From: Octopus bimaculoides
Taxonomy: Eukaryota
DNA: 64,000 nt
Direction of reading: 5' to 3'
Assembly (NCBI RefSeq): GCF_001194135.2
Contig: NC_068988.1
Location: 47,624,594 to 47,688,593, forward strand
Position 1 is the stretch's first letter. Every line of letters starts with the position of its first letter. The notes under the pieces were generated by a model that saw nothing but the letters and a program-made list of their open reading frames with translations, made no database searches and was not told where the DNA came from. The position numbers were made by a program, and so were the translations under genes. This document shows positions 11,700 to 23,852 of this stretch, piece by piece.

Positions 11700-12295
11700 T
11701 AAAGATTTGAATTCTTGTTAGAAACAAACTGCTTCTTCGGAGAAGGTTTACATACCTGAGTGATACCTCTATGATAGTTGTCTGTTTGTACTGGCAGTGA
11801 ACTCTTTGTCAGACTTGTTAACAATATGTCAAGGCCATATGCTGGGATATGCAGAAAAGAATAAAATTAATATCAGCCACACACTTTTTGTTGATGGCCT
11901 ATTATATTCTGGTAACATTACAACATCAACAGGCCATTACACCTAGTCACATCATACTCGTAAATCATAGAAATGGAGTTTCGGCAAGATAAATGCTTAT
12001 ACATGATAGTCAACTGAGGATAGCTTGTCGATCAGACAGAGAGAGAATTGCTTGCATTTCTCCTCTGTGTCTAATGATGAAAACTATAAGTATATAAGAA
12101 TGGATGAGAATGCTGAATACGTGGATGCTATGACAAAAGCCAAAATAACAAATTAGTATTTCTGTAGACTTCGCAAAATATGGAATTCAGAGCTGTCTGC
12201 ATTTAGCAAGACCATATCTCACAATGCTTTTGCAGTGCCAGTGCTTGTACCAACATTTCGGATATTGGACTGGACAATCAATAAGATTCCATTTT
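11700..12295 (+). mobile_element. R4/Dong-like reverse transcriptase fragment, decayed
   Basis: Translates to KINISHTLFVDGLLYS (FVDD catalytic site mutated) and NYKYIRMDE...YFCRLRKIWNSELSAFSKTISHNAFAVPVLVPTFRILDWT. Confidence 0.85.
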
Positions 12296-13409
12296 AACTC
12301 CCTTAAGAACTTCAATAAAATTTGAAGGAAAACATACATATCAATGTGCAAAAGTAATTTTATTAAATACTACCGAAGTACGGACAAATATATGGCGGAG
12401 GTAAAATTTTAGTGAATTGTTAAAAGTTTTCCTTGACATTCTCAAAGTACTGATCATTATAAGGATAAACGTAGCCTCGTCTCAAAGTCTTAGTACGAAT
12501 CGAATGGAAGTATTTAAAAATGTATATTGCAACCGTAGAAAAAAATAGAATCATTTTTAAATCCTGACTAATTTCGGGTACTGATTAGAGAGAAAAAAAT
12601 GAAATTAACTCTTTAAAATGAGACAAATTTGTCTCGTAGTATTAATTCAACGATTTCACGTTGTAATGTTCTTTGTCACGGTATTTGGGAATGAATTAGC
12701 ATACGTGTTTAGAAACGCATTATAAGAAACTAAATTTATAAAACAAAGAAATTGGGTAAAAAAAGCAGCCGATGACTAGAAGATGTAGAGAGGATGAAAT
12801 AAGAAGGACAACTGATTACTTGATGAGGTACAAAGGTTGATATAACGCGCGAACCCTGAAAGTTCCTGTACATTGAACTTCAGAAACGCTACAATGACAG
12901 CATCAAATTATGATATTCTTATTCAAGATCCTGCTATCCTACTATGAAAAGGTGGTCAGAGATTGTAAGGAAAGGATTAGTGGTTAAGCATATAGAAAAG
13001 ATGTGAAGAGAGGAAAACTGAAGGAAGAGACGACGTGAAGAGAGGAAAACTAAAGGAAGAAACAGGAGAAAGAACATAAGGCAACTTTGACTTCTGAGGA
13101 AAGAACCGTCACCGACATTTTAATGTCGATTTTGTGACCGACGGTTCAGTTCCAAAGCTTGATGGCAGTCATTAATAAAGAAACGCTGGAAACTCCCTTA
13201 ACAACAATGACAGAGAAAGGAAGAGAGAGAAAGAGAAAGAGAGAAAGGCGGGAAGAGCAAGTGAGAGAAACAGAAAAATATAAAATTGAAATAGGCTTGT
13301 GTGTATCTCTATATGGAATACATATTCGAGTATGTATGCTAGTATGTGTATCTGTGCATGTGCGTATGTATGTGTCTGTCTGTGTAAGAAAATGTGTCGT
13401 GTATCTCTA

Positions 13410-14560
13410 AGTGTGTGCAAATGTGTGAGTTGAGGTCCATGGTGCCAAAATCATTGGAATCTCCAGAGGATAACTGATGATGGTAAAATTCCAACGTGCA
13501 TGATCTGAGTAAACTATATAAATGTCCAGAGTTGCAGGATAATAATTGGCCGCTCCAGCCAATAATTCAAATATTTCCATGAACTGTCTAAGATCGATGC
13601 TGCACTTCATTGATTAGTATATGTCTTTATTATTGGAGCTAAGTATAATATGATGTAGTATTCGTTTCCGCTCTCTGAGTTCAAACCCCATCGTATTCAA
13701 ACTTGCCTTTCATCTTTTCAGGATTGATAAATATAATACCAGTCAAGTCCTAAGGTCTATTATTTTCAACACTCTTCGTCTCATTTTCTCTCTGTCACTC
13801 TCTACCACTTTCTCTTTGTATTTCTTTCCTACTCTCTCTCTCCCTCTTTCATTCACACTCACGCACACACACACTCACATGCACACACAGATTTCCTCTC
13901 TTCGAGAAATTAACTGCATTGAAACTTCCAGAGAGATGGGCTCTGCCAACTTTAATATGTCCGAGACAGGCTGTGTTACATCGGTGCCTTTTCGACTCCA
14001 TCAGAGGTTAAAGATCTCATTGATTCCCCTTCACTAAAATCTAAGTTCCACTCCTGTCAAGTACCTCACTCTGGAGCGAAGAAAATCAGTTCCTCTCGCA
14101 GACAGAATTCAGTTCTGTCATATAGCCACCATCTCCAGTTTTGTGTTCTTGTACCAACGTAAGAAACAACTGTCACCGTATATTGTATTTATTTCCAGAT
14201 AATCCTATATTTCTACCTTTGTTTAGTTATCTTGAAAGAATAAATGCTTATAGTTTCAATAAGTCTGTGACATTATTCATTCGTACTGACGCAACAGAGG
14301 TCAAGATAATTGATAATAATAGCTGGTGACTGTACCATCAATGCCAGTATGATAACTCACATTTTCAGGCAGTGGGAAATTCTTGGAAAGTTCTAATATA
14401 TTTGTAGCCACTAATTTACAGGTGTTCACACTGAACATTAACCACATCAGTCTCACTAGTCAGAGAATGACTGCAAAGATAACTGGTGATATTTTTTTCT
14501 TCTCTGGCTTCTTAAAAATACAGGGCTTTAAAATTGGCAGAGACCTGACTAAATTGTTAC
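13410..14560 (-). mobile_element. Possible decayed LINE APE endonuclease region
   Basis: Scattered remnants ETDVV...HL*ISGYKYIR and LSSGDSNDF resemble APE motifs ETW..GY..R and GDFN; many disablements. Confidence 0.3.
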
Positions 14561-17542
14561 TAGTGTAGAGCTAATTCGAGTTTTTTCTTTCCGTTCTTTG
14601 AGTTTTGCTTAGCAGAACGCTCACGTCTATATTAAGTGAGTTGAACTAGCTACTCTTTAGTTTCAACTCATCCCTCATCGAATAAGATCGAATGAGTTCC
14701 ATCATTGACCATCTTATTTTTTTGTTTGTGTATCAAAGACTACCTTGTCCATTGTACATTTTTTTTAGTTTTAAGACCTTGTCGTATGTATGTATGTATG
14801 TATGTATGTATGTATATACAGAGAATTCTTCATTGATTCCAAGTAGTTTTGAGGAATAGGTAACATGTTTTGCTCGAATAATTTTCTGCCTATAAAATAC
14901 TAACCTATCTATGGAGAGAGGCTTCTCTCTTCTCCGCAGTCATACAGGACTGCCGTTAAATATGTAAGATCTCTATAACCTGTAAATCATCTTTAAAATG
15001 ATATATTTTGTGGGCTTGCCACTAAGGTACATCTAACAATATTTTAATGTACTCTGTTGTTCTATGGATTGTTATACAGTTTGCTGGTAGATACGTTGAT
15101 AAATAGAATGTTAGACATTTTATTCGATTATGAAAGATATGATTTCATAAAAATACATTTTACAACAGTGGCATCTCAATTCAAAATTGTGTATTTATTT
15201 AGCAGTGTAATGTAATTGATTGAGAAAAGTCAAAGCATTTTAAATGCTATAGGTGAACAATGAGTTAGGCAAAAGTATTGAGGTATTAGATTAGGCAGAG
15301 AATGAAAATGTTAATATTATTAGCCTAAGCTGTCTTGCAGAACATTCTTGAGTAGAAGAAATACTGAAAAGGATAAAGGAAATGATAAAATAGAATTGAA
15401 ATGCTGTTAGTTTATTCACAGGAGAAATCCGTTTTATATTTCGCTGATGAAGTGCTGAAATATCTGATGGTCAAACAATTCTGAAGCAAGTACGGTCTGA
15501 AATTTTTAATATATTAGATATGAATGTTTGCAACAGAATGAACTCCATTCTTTCAACAGAGAGATATAGCTGTGAGGTTAAAATTGCTGTCATGTGCCAA
15601 AATTAGAAGCAAAAATTTTTATTATGAATATGGTGGAAATTCCACTGCATCGGATTAAATGCCTGTAGTATTTGTTCAGACTCTTAAGACACTGAGTTCA
15701 AATCTATCCCAACTGACTTTGCTTTTTATCCTTCGGGATAAAATCTTCATTACTGAGGCTTTCTTCATTTCCATACTTTTCACTATTCCCAGATATTTAC
15801 ATGCTGCTTCCACACACAACGAGTTTATGTTCTCATCATAAGGTAGGACTATCTCTGTAATTTTTATGACTTTTTTTTGCTTCATCTTTATCATAACGTA
15901 CTTCTCGATTTCGAATATCATCTCGATGTCATTGCCTACGTTTCCAACATTTTCTTGCGAAATATTCTGGGAAAATATATAAATTTATTTCTTCTATGTC
16001 TCCATAGATATAAATGGGATGCCTGACTACAAAGAAAACAAAGCAAGTGTGTAGTGTAAATAATTAGAAGCAGTTGGGGGCGTTCGTTTCGTTTTATTAT
16101 TACTTTATTTTATACTTTCGTATATATTTTATGAGATTCGGAGAAGGGGGGCAAAAACTATCTCATTTTTCTATTTTGTCTGTGTTTTTGGCATTTTGTC
16201 ATTGAAATATCAATTAGCATGAACAGAGATACTAGTAACAGTTATTAAAAACGTGCAAAACAGAACGCCAGTTATAGTACAACAGATTATTTTTCTCGTG
16301 CTGTGGCAGAAATTCTTGGGTAAGTACCTATTTTTTTAGCTTTGTTACGCAATCATACAATCGAAAAGTAATATCAATGTCCTTCACATTAACTATGGTA
16401 GTATTTGAGCTCAATAGTTTTAGGTGGTGAGATTTTTTCTGGTAATTGCTTTGATAATCTCCTTTCAGCAAAGTACTGCAACACATTATGTTACATATAA
16501 AAGATCCTATCATATTTTTATGTACTATGCAGATTGCTCCCTTGAGGTATTTTTCTTTCAGTCATATTTTTAATGAAACACTCCTCGATTGCATATCTTC
16601 CACGCTAACAGCATCGAGTAAATTGTATTTGAGTTTAGATTCATGGCGTCAATATTGGGAGTTTTTTGTTTCAATTTGCCACGGTCGTAGTCTAGCGTCG
16701 AGGCTATATAAGAAACCACGACATTTTGCTTAAGTTAACATCATTCCAACCTTTTTCAATCCAGCTGCAAATTTTGGCTAAATTTGTAAAGGTAATTGGA
16801 TGAAGAAAAGTTACAAAAGTAGGTTGATTCTCAGAAACTTTATAAACCTATAGTTAATTACATGCCAAAGATATTTTGCTTGACAAGTGTAAACACTTAC
16901 CCAAGGATATCATAAGCTTCACGGCAGCGCCAAACCTCTAAACGCTGTTATACCTCCCTTGTTCATTCACGCACCCTTACATAAGTCTGTTTGACTTTTA
17001 AACTAATGCACTGAGATAAAGAAGAAAAAGACAGGAGTCTTTCTCTAATTATTAACGGCGTCAACACCAATAACAACAGTAATAATAGGCTATCAGTACG
17101 ATACATCCACCAAAAAACTATTTACTTAAACGTCTCAGAAACTTTTAGTTAAACGGTAAAGACTAGACACACCGCTTAAATTTCAGTTTGAAAATCATAT
17201 ATAACTCGCAATGTAATCTAGAAGCTGGAACTGAAAGTAACATACACGCGCACACACGCACATTCAAATCTACAAATGTATCAACACGCACGCATACACT
17301 TATACATATATAAAGATCCACAGAGGAACTCAGTCAGACAGACAGCTATGCAAATACACAACGTCACATTTAAATACGTAAAGACGCATCAAGACACGCA
17401 CACACACACACACACACCGACAAACACCAACCAAAACCCCATTATCAAACTGTACACAAATATGAATATATTTGAAAGCATGTTTAGCAAAGCAGAAAGG
17501 TTGGCGAGAGAAGATCAAAAAAAAAAAGAGGAAGACAGAGAT

Positions 17543-17544
<2 letters not shown>

Positions 17545-17614
<70 letters not shown>

Positions 17615-17630
17615 CGAGTGAGAGAGAGCG
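17545..17630. repeat. (GA)n microsatellite
   Basis: Direct inspection. Confidence 0.95.
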
Positions 17631-18274
17631 AAATGAATAATATTAATAAATAACTAGAAACATGTACATACACAGTAATACACAGAAAATATAGCAAAAG
17701 CAAAGTAAGAAAAAATTTGAAAACAAAACCAAAATGGCCGCCAATAAATTTTCTCTTCTTTCGTGATATTATATTTTTTCCTTTCTTCCCATTTTACATA
17801 ATTTCATAGTTTCAGTTAAAATGGATTTTGTCATTGCAGTAAATTGTACTTAAGATTATGAATGTGACGTTTGTTTTCATTCGTTTTATTTTCTATTATT
17901 TTCTCTTTGACATTTCATTTGGCGAAGTCAAAGAATATTAAATATAATCATTGATGAAGTTTAGATTTCATTTCAATTACGATGTATTTTATATAATAGT
18001 AATATTAATAATACTAGCAATACAGTTTCTTTATTTGTCTCAACTTCTATCAATGGTGATTTTATATATCACCCTTCTCCTACTGCATCACAACGAAACT
18101 CCTCGAATTATTGATTTCGTATCTCTTGTCGGTTATTTTATTTTACCAATGTTTGTGTGTCTATGTGTGAGCAAGAGTTTTCTCTTTTGTTCCTTACTTG
18201 CTCTTATTATTGCATTTATTTATTTCTTTTCCTTTAAGATATTATTATTATCAAAACCGGTATCATCGTCATCA

Positions 18275-18282
18275 TCATCATC

Positions 18283-18344
<62 letters not shown>

Positions 18345-18375
18345 TCTTATTATTATTTACAATAATATTATTTTT
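18275..18375. repeat. (TTA)n microsatellite
   Basis: Direct inspection. Confidence 0.95.
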
Positions 18376-20199
18376 ATTGATATCATTATTATTATGTGGT
18401 GTCGGTTGCAATAGGTGAATGGTGCTACAGGGATCTTTTGTTTTGTTTCTTGCATTCTGTTGTTGTTACTTATGATTACCATTATTGTTGCTGATGCTGT
18501 TACCCCCTCCTAAACGAAGAACACAAAATAATATCGTTAGGCTTGGCATCGATACCAGAAAAGAATTGGATTCCTACAATAATGTCACATATAAAGGATA
18601 CCCTCACCGCCACTCGTTATTTCATTCTCTGCCCCCCCCCCCCNNNNNNNNNNNNNNNNNNNNNNNNCCTCTCTCTCTCTCTCTCTTTACGCTGAAGACT
18701 TTCAAATAACCTTTACTCGTCCTTCGATCGAATCTTGGTCTTGTACGGCTTTGCGCCATCACCAACCAATCAACCCTAACCCCACCACTTTTGTCGATTC
18801 CAACACAGTATCCTCCTTTCAAACTCTACCCCTACCTCCCGTGAGGCCAAACTGATAAAAGGGAATTTATGGTCTTTGATAACAACAAAATGAATCGAAT
18901 GAGGTCCGTGTGTTATATTGCAGAGATGTATGGTGTAGAGAGGGAGGGGGTTAGAGACGAGGGGAGTGGAGAAACATATCTGTTCTATATAAGATGACAA
19001 ATAAAATCAACGACAACAACAAAACAAGGAGGAGAAGTGGGTGAGGGGAAATGATGTTGAAAGCTAAGACAATTTCGTAAACCTGATTATCTGAAATGCA
19101 ACTTATTTGGAATATCAGTTCCCCAGTTCTGCAGGCTCTCTTTCATTGCCAATATTCATTGGTCGGTCGAAAATACCAAGAGAATAGGAGGTAGTTTAGT
19201 GCTAAACAAAGACCCCCTGGGTTATGTAAAAGCAAATTTGTCAATGTTATCGTATTCTTTTATTCGAATTTCGTGGCAGGCCATGACTTTTTAGACACGC
19301 CATACATACATAGAAGTATGTATAAGCGCACGCACACGCACACACACACGCACACACATAAGCGCACAAAGTTTTCATATTCATATACAAGTGTATGCGT
19401 GTGGCATGTCAGCGTCTGTGGTTCTGTCTGTGTATGCACAAAGTTCATCTGATATATGTTTGAAATATGTTATGCATACACATCACACACCTGCATTCAC
19501 ACATACACACATACACACTCATACACTCATATACACATGCTTACACACACAAATATAAGATGATGTATACATATGTGCGTGGGTGCTGGCATATATTTAG
19601 CTAATTTATTTCATTATTTCATGCGGTGACGATCATGGAGTCGATGAGTGGTAATAGACAATATACGGTAGAATTTTGAGTTGGATGTTTGACAATAGAC
19701 AGTGCGCTTTTCAGTTGATGGAAGGCAGTCATTGCAATTCATTTTAGCATTCAAATAAAATCTTTCTAGACTACATAGTTTTAATGTGTCCCTCCATTCT
19801 GACTTCAGTGGAATGTGTTCTGAAGAAAATTTTATTTTGTTGATATTTATAACAATCCATGTGATGTCTCGTGTAGCTTAAAAGTTCCGACTTACTTTCA
19901 TAGAAACACCTGTACAGGTTTCATATTTTCTTACTGCAATGAACAATATTATATATGTTCATTGATACGTGGTCTATGATATTTGAGACCATATTTTCCA
20001 GGCTATCAATGCAACACTGAGCTACTGTTGAGGCGTCAACCGTAGCACTCCGGTCTCTTGTTAGACACCCTCTTTATTTATCTGCAGATGTATAAATCGC
20101 AATTTAAAGTAACATGCTATAGTAAAATCCTATAATGTCAAACAGCTAACATATTAAAGGCAGAGTCGTCATTTCAAACATTATTAGTTCTGTGCAGAC

Positions 20200-20560
20200 A
20201 ATCAGTGACGGGTCATATTTGTATCTTCATCAAGATCGCCGAGTCTTTCCATCCATTACGTACCTCTGACATTCCACCACATTTAGCTTGTGATATTTGT
20301 TTTGCTTTCACAGTGGATTCTTCTGTTCCCTCTAGCTGAGCCTCAATCTCGATGAACTGTAATTATTTTGCATACTTCTTTGTTTCATTTGACATTGAGT
20401 GGTGTTTCTTTATACTGTTATACTTGCATACAAGTTCAAGCATCGAAGTCATTAGTATTTTTAGACAGGTGTGTAATCTTATCGTTGTTGTCTTAGGACA
20501 GTTGCAGTTCCACCATTCTATGCTCTGCATTCCTTCAAGGGGCGTATAGTCTGTCTATAT
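20200..20560 (-). mobile_element. R4-like post-RT region fragment, decayed
   Basis: Minus-strand remnants (TIRLH..L, MLELVCKY, KKHHSMSNETKKY, KAKQI) resemble the linker between RT and CCHC in R4-clade elements. Confidence 0.4.
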
Positions 20561-20799
20561 CTACCGTTTGGTGATGCATGCAGTACATTGGGAGAAACGT
20601 GCGAAGTTTTGCATAAAATTTACTCTCATTTATGTATTTAAAAGTCGTTCTAGTATTCAGTCACCATGTGCAAAAAGCGTTAGACCATCCATGCAAAGAA
20701 GAGGAGTCACTGGACAGTCATATATTCTGTATACAGAATTATTATCATCATCTTCATCGTCATCATTAACGTTATTATTATTTTTGATTCTATATGTGT

Positions 20800-21130
20800 G
20801 AAGAGTTGTATGGGAAAGAAAAGAGAAAGGTGCTAAGGGAAAAAGTGTGTAATTATGGAACTGGTGGTGAGGAAGTACAGGTGAGAGAATGTGAAGGGAA
20901 GAATTTATATCAAAATGCTGTAAGTTTTGATAAAGAAGATACATCTGTTTTCTCTGGAATTGACAGGTGGTAGAACCAGCACTGGAGGCCAAACCGAGGG
21001 TTAGAAGGTGCTAGGTGAATTGTTCAGCGAAGCGGAAACGTGGACTGACAGGTGACTCGAAGCCATCTCAGATATCTCTGAGATACACGTAAGATACCCG
21101 ATGTAAGTCGAATCATAAAGGTGAAAGCGA
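20800..21130 (-). mobile_element. Possible Penelope-like endonuclease C-terminal fragment
   Basis: Remnants RFAE.. and RKQMYLLYQNLQHFDINSS resemble the PLE GIY-YIG C-terminus; heavily decayed. Confidence 0.35.
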
Positions 21131-21789
21131 GCACGTAAAGCAAAGAAGCAACTTTAAAAATCTTTCTTGGGAAAGGTGCCCGTCTTGGGTCAGAAATGGT
21201 TTACTTTCTCTCTCTACATGGATTAGATGCGTCTCGACTGTGCAAACCAGTTCTTACATGGAAATTACTGCTCACGCGTCCATGTCTCACGCATCCCTGG
21301 TATATTTCATATCAGTTCTAGTCCGGATGTTCTTCATGTCACCAAGCATTTTATTTAGTACATTGATATATTATGTTGTTACACAAACACAAATGGCATT
21401 ATATATGAAACAAAAGGTTTCCTCTTATCTGCATCCTCCCTGATCATTCGTTCATATTTTCCTATACAATTAAGGCAGAACAAGAACTAAAAGAAGATTT
21501 GTCTTAAAAGAGAATGTAAAACGCATTCTTTTTAAATATATACACACATTAACACACAGTATATGCATATATATATTTTTAACAAATATATATGCACGAA
21601 CATACATACATGCATGTATAGATACACACACACACTTATAGATGCATATATACAAGCATACATACAAAAATACATATATACATACAAAAATATACATACA
21701 TACATACATACATATATACATACGTACAAACGTACATACATACATACATACATACATGCATACGTACATACATTGTTGCCCTATATATC

Positions 21790-22790
21790 AATAAAGCCTT
21801 CTAAAATGTCAGGCATGCAAGTCTTTTCACATATTGTAGCATACGAAATCCACCTATCTTTCATCATCTCTAGGATCATTAGCTTCCAATCAGAGCGCAC
21901 CATCGTGGATTGTGATGACAGACTTCTTCCTACCAATAAAAATTAACTCTGATGTTTTCCGCGGTTCAAATTTGTACCCCAGTGCTCTTTCTTTTTATGC
22001 ATTAATGACATAGTTGTCTCTAAGTGAGAACTCTTCATTCTTCGCTAACTTTTCCAATCAAACATTAACCACACACAACTACACGCTATACTTGTGTTGA
22101 TTCCATACACGGCAGCCTTTAGAGCATCCTCCAACGGAAGCACTTCACTTTCCCTCCCGTAATTACAAAAGAACCTATCAAGAGAATACTATCGCGCCAC
22201 ACAGGGAAAATATACGAATGGCACATAGCTGGAGCCCTAACAGTCGCTCTAAGTGCTAGACCTTACTGTCATAGAAGATTATTCCTTGTGAAATCAGATC
22301 ATCAAGATAGCTAGGACGTAAAAACTAGCCCTTCTCTTCAGGGTCAGGATATATATTAGACTGACACTCTTCAAAGCCCCAATGAGGTACACAATGCAGA
22401 ATTGCTCTAAATACTGGAACGATGCTACTACTACGCACACAGACATTCTACTTAGAGAAAGGCCACTCGATCGATTAGCACTCATTTACTAAGACACATT
22501 CCATCCTCTAGCCCGAAGCGTCAAACTATCTTCTCTTTGTCTTTCCTATCGACACTACAATGGCCTCAGCAACTTTTAGCTAGTTTTTGTTATGGCTACA
22601 CCACCCAAGTACTCTGATGCACTAATCGTTACATCACTACTCACCGTTTTGTATTGAAATACTCGGTTCAGCACTAAACACAATAGCCAAGACAGCCTTC
22701 CCACTGTAGTCTTCTTCGCGTCCATGTCTTCCAAGCATACAACAGTTCCAACGGAGAAGTAAAGGCAGTTAAATCAGTGGTCTCGGACCA
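21790..22790 (+). mobile_element. L2/Crack-like LINE reverse transcriptase to 3' end, decayed
   Basis: Remnants AYEIHLSFIISRIISFQSERTI, NSDVFRGS..PVLFL..IND (GVPQGS-like), LALLFRVR, and a decayed SSLCLFYRYYNG-like motif. Confidence 0.75.
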
Positions 22791-22831
22791 CGTGAATAAC
22801 TTCAACATACTACTATTCTTGCAGACACATT

Positions 22832-23285
22832 ATGTAAGTTCTGTCCCAATTTTGAATGAAGAAAACAAGTGATCAAATGTTGTATTTAATTGAAATTTAA
22901 TCATCAATGTACTTTCCCTGATTATCTATGACTTCTTTCCATTTATTTACAAGCTTTTTAATCACATCAACATACAACTCTTCTGGTTTCAAAGCGAAGA
23001 ACTCTAAAATGTCAGTTTCGACCTCCTCCTGGCTTGCGAAAGTTATGTCCCCCAAATGATTATGTAAACTACGAAACAAATGGTAGTTTGAAGGAGCAAA
23101 GTCGGGAGAATAAGATGGATGAGGAATTGTTTCTCAACCAAGCTCTTCAATCTTCTGTGATGTGAACTTTGCTGTGTAGGGTCGCGAATTGTCCTGATGA
23201 AACATCACTACTTTTCGATTCACTAAAGTGGGTCTGTTTTTTCTTCAAAGCTTGGTTCAAACGCTCTAATTGCTGACAGTAGACT
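22832..23285 (-). mobile_element. mariner transposase C-terminal fragment with terminal region
   Basis: MFHQDNSRPYTAK...PHPSYSPDFAPSNYHLFRSLHNHL...KLVNKWKEVIDNQGKYIDD*; YSPDLAP and HLFRSL are mariner hallmarks. Confidence 0.93.
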
Positions 23286-23845
23286 TGAGCACAAAAGTAC
23301 AGCTCTCAAAATTACTGCAGAGCTTAATGACCACCTCGAAAACCCAGCTTCCACAAAAGCTGTTCGCCGAGAGCTGCACAAAGCCGGATTTCACGGGAGG
23401 ACTGCAATCAGAAAATCCCTACTTTCAAAAACAAACGTTGCAAAGCATTTAGAGTGCAGTAAAAAACCTACAGAATTAGTCCCTAGAGCAGTGGAAGAAT
23501 GTTATTTTCTCGCACGAGTCATCCTTTACATTATTTCCGACCACCGGCCAAGTATACGTCTGGAGACAGCCAAAAGAAGCATTTGACCCAGACTACCGTC
23601 TTCTAAGTATTAAACATGGAGGAACATCTGTGATGATCTGGTGGGGCGATATCTTAGAAATCCGACGGCCCAATGGTTTCTCTTCATGGCAAAGTTAATA
23701 GTCAAGACGATTTAAGCATTTTATCTGATCAAAAACATCCTATGGTTGCGGAACTGTTTCCAGAGGGTAATGCAATCTTTCGGGGTGACAATGTACCAAT
23801 TCACACAGCTAAAGTTGTTAGTGAATGGCACGATAACAATGCTTC
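23286..23845 (+). mobile_element. Tc1-family transposase internal fragment, frameshifted
   Basis: ITAELNDHLENPASTKAVRRELHKAGFHGRTAIRK, WKNVIFSHESSF (FSDES-like), KHGGTSVMIW, AIFRGDNVPIHTAKVV. Confidence 0.92.
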
Positions 23846-23852
23846 CACTGGC

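Noticed and set aside
13103-13147. Small nested hairpin GAACCGTC...CGACATT-TT-AATGTCG...GACGGTTC, plus a 32-bp tandem duplication at about 13008-13071
   Set aside because: Short and imperfect, probably within a decayed LINE 3' region; no functional evidence.
16901-17010. Minus-strand exon-like segment with a strong acceptor and GG|GTAAGT donor
   Set aside because: Stops in all three through-frames, and CCTTGGGTAAGTG resembles the CCTTGGGCAAGTG SINE core. A UTR exon cannot be excluded but is unsupported.
17951-18418. 155-aa hydrophobic ORF resembling a membrane protein
   Set aside because: Hydrophobicity comes from T-rich sequence and a (TTA)n tract; no recognisable domain.
19896-19933. 38-nt minus-strand exon candidate (RKYETCTGVSMK)
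   Set aside because: Weak pyrimidine tract, not frame-preserving, unrecognised peptide; expected by chance at this sequence length.
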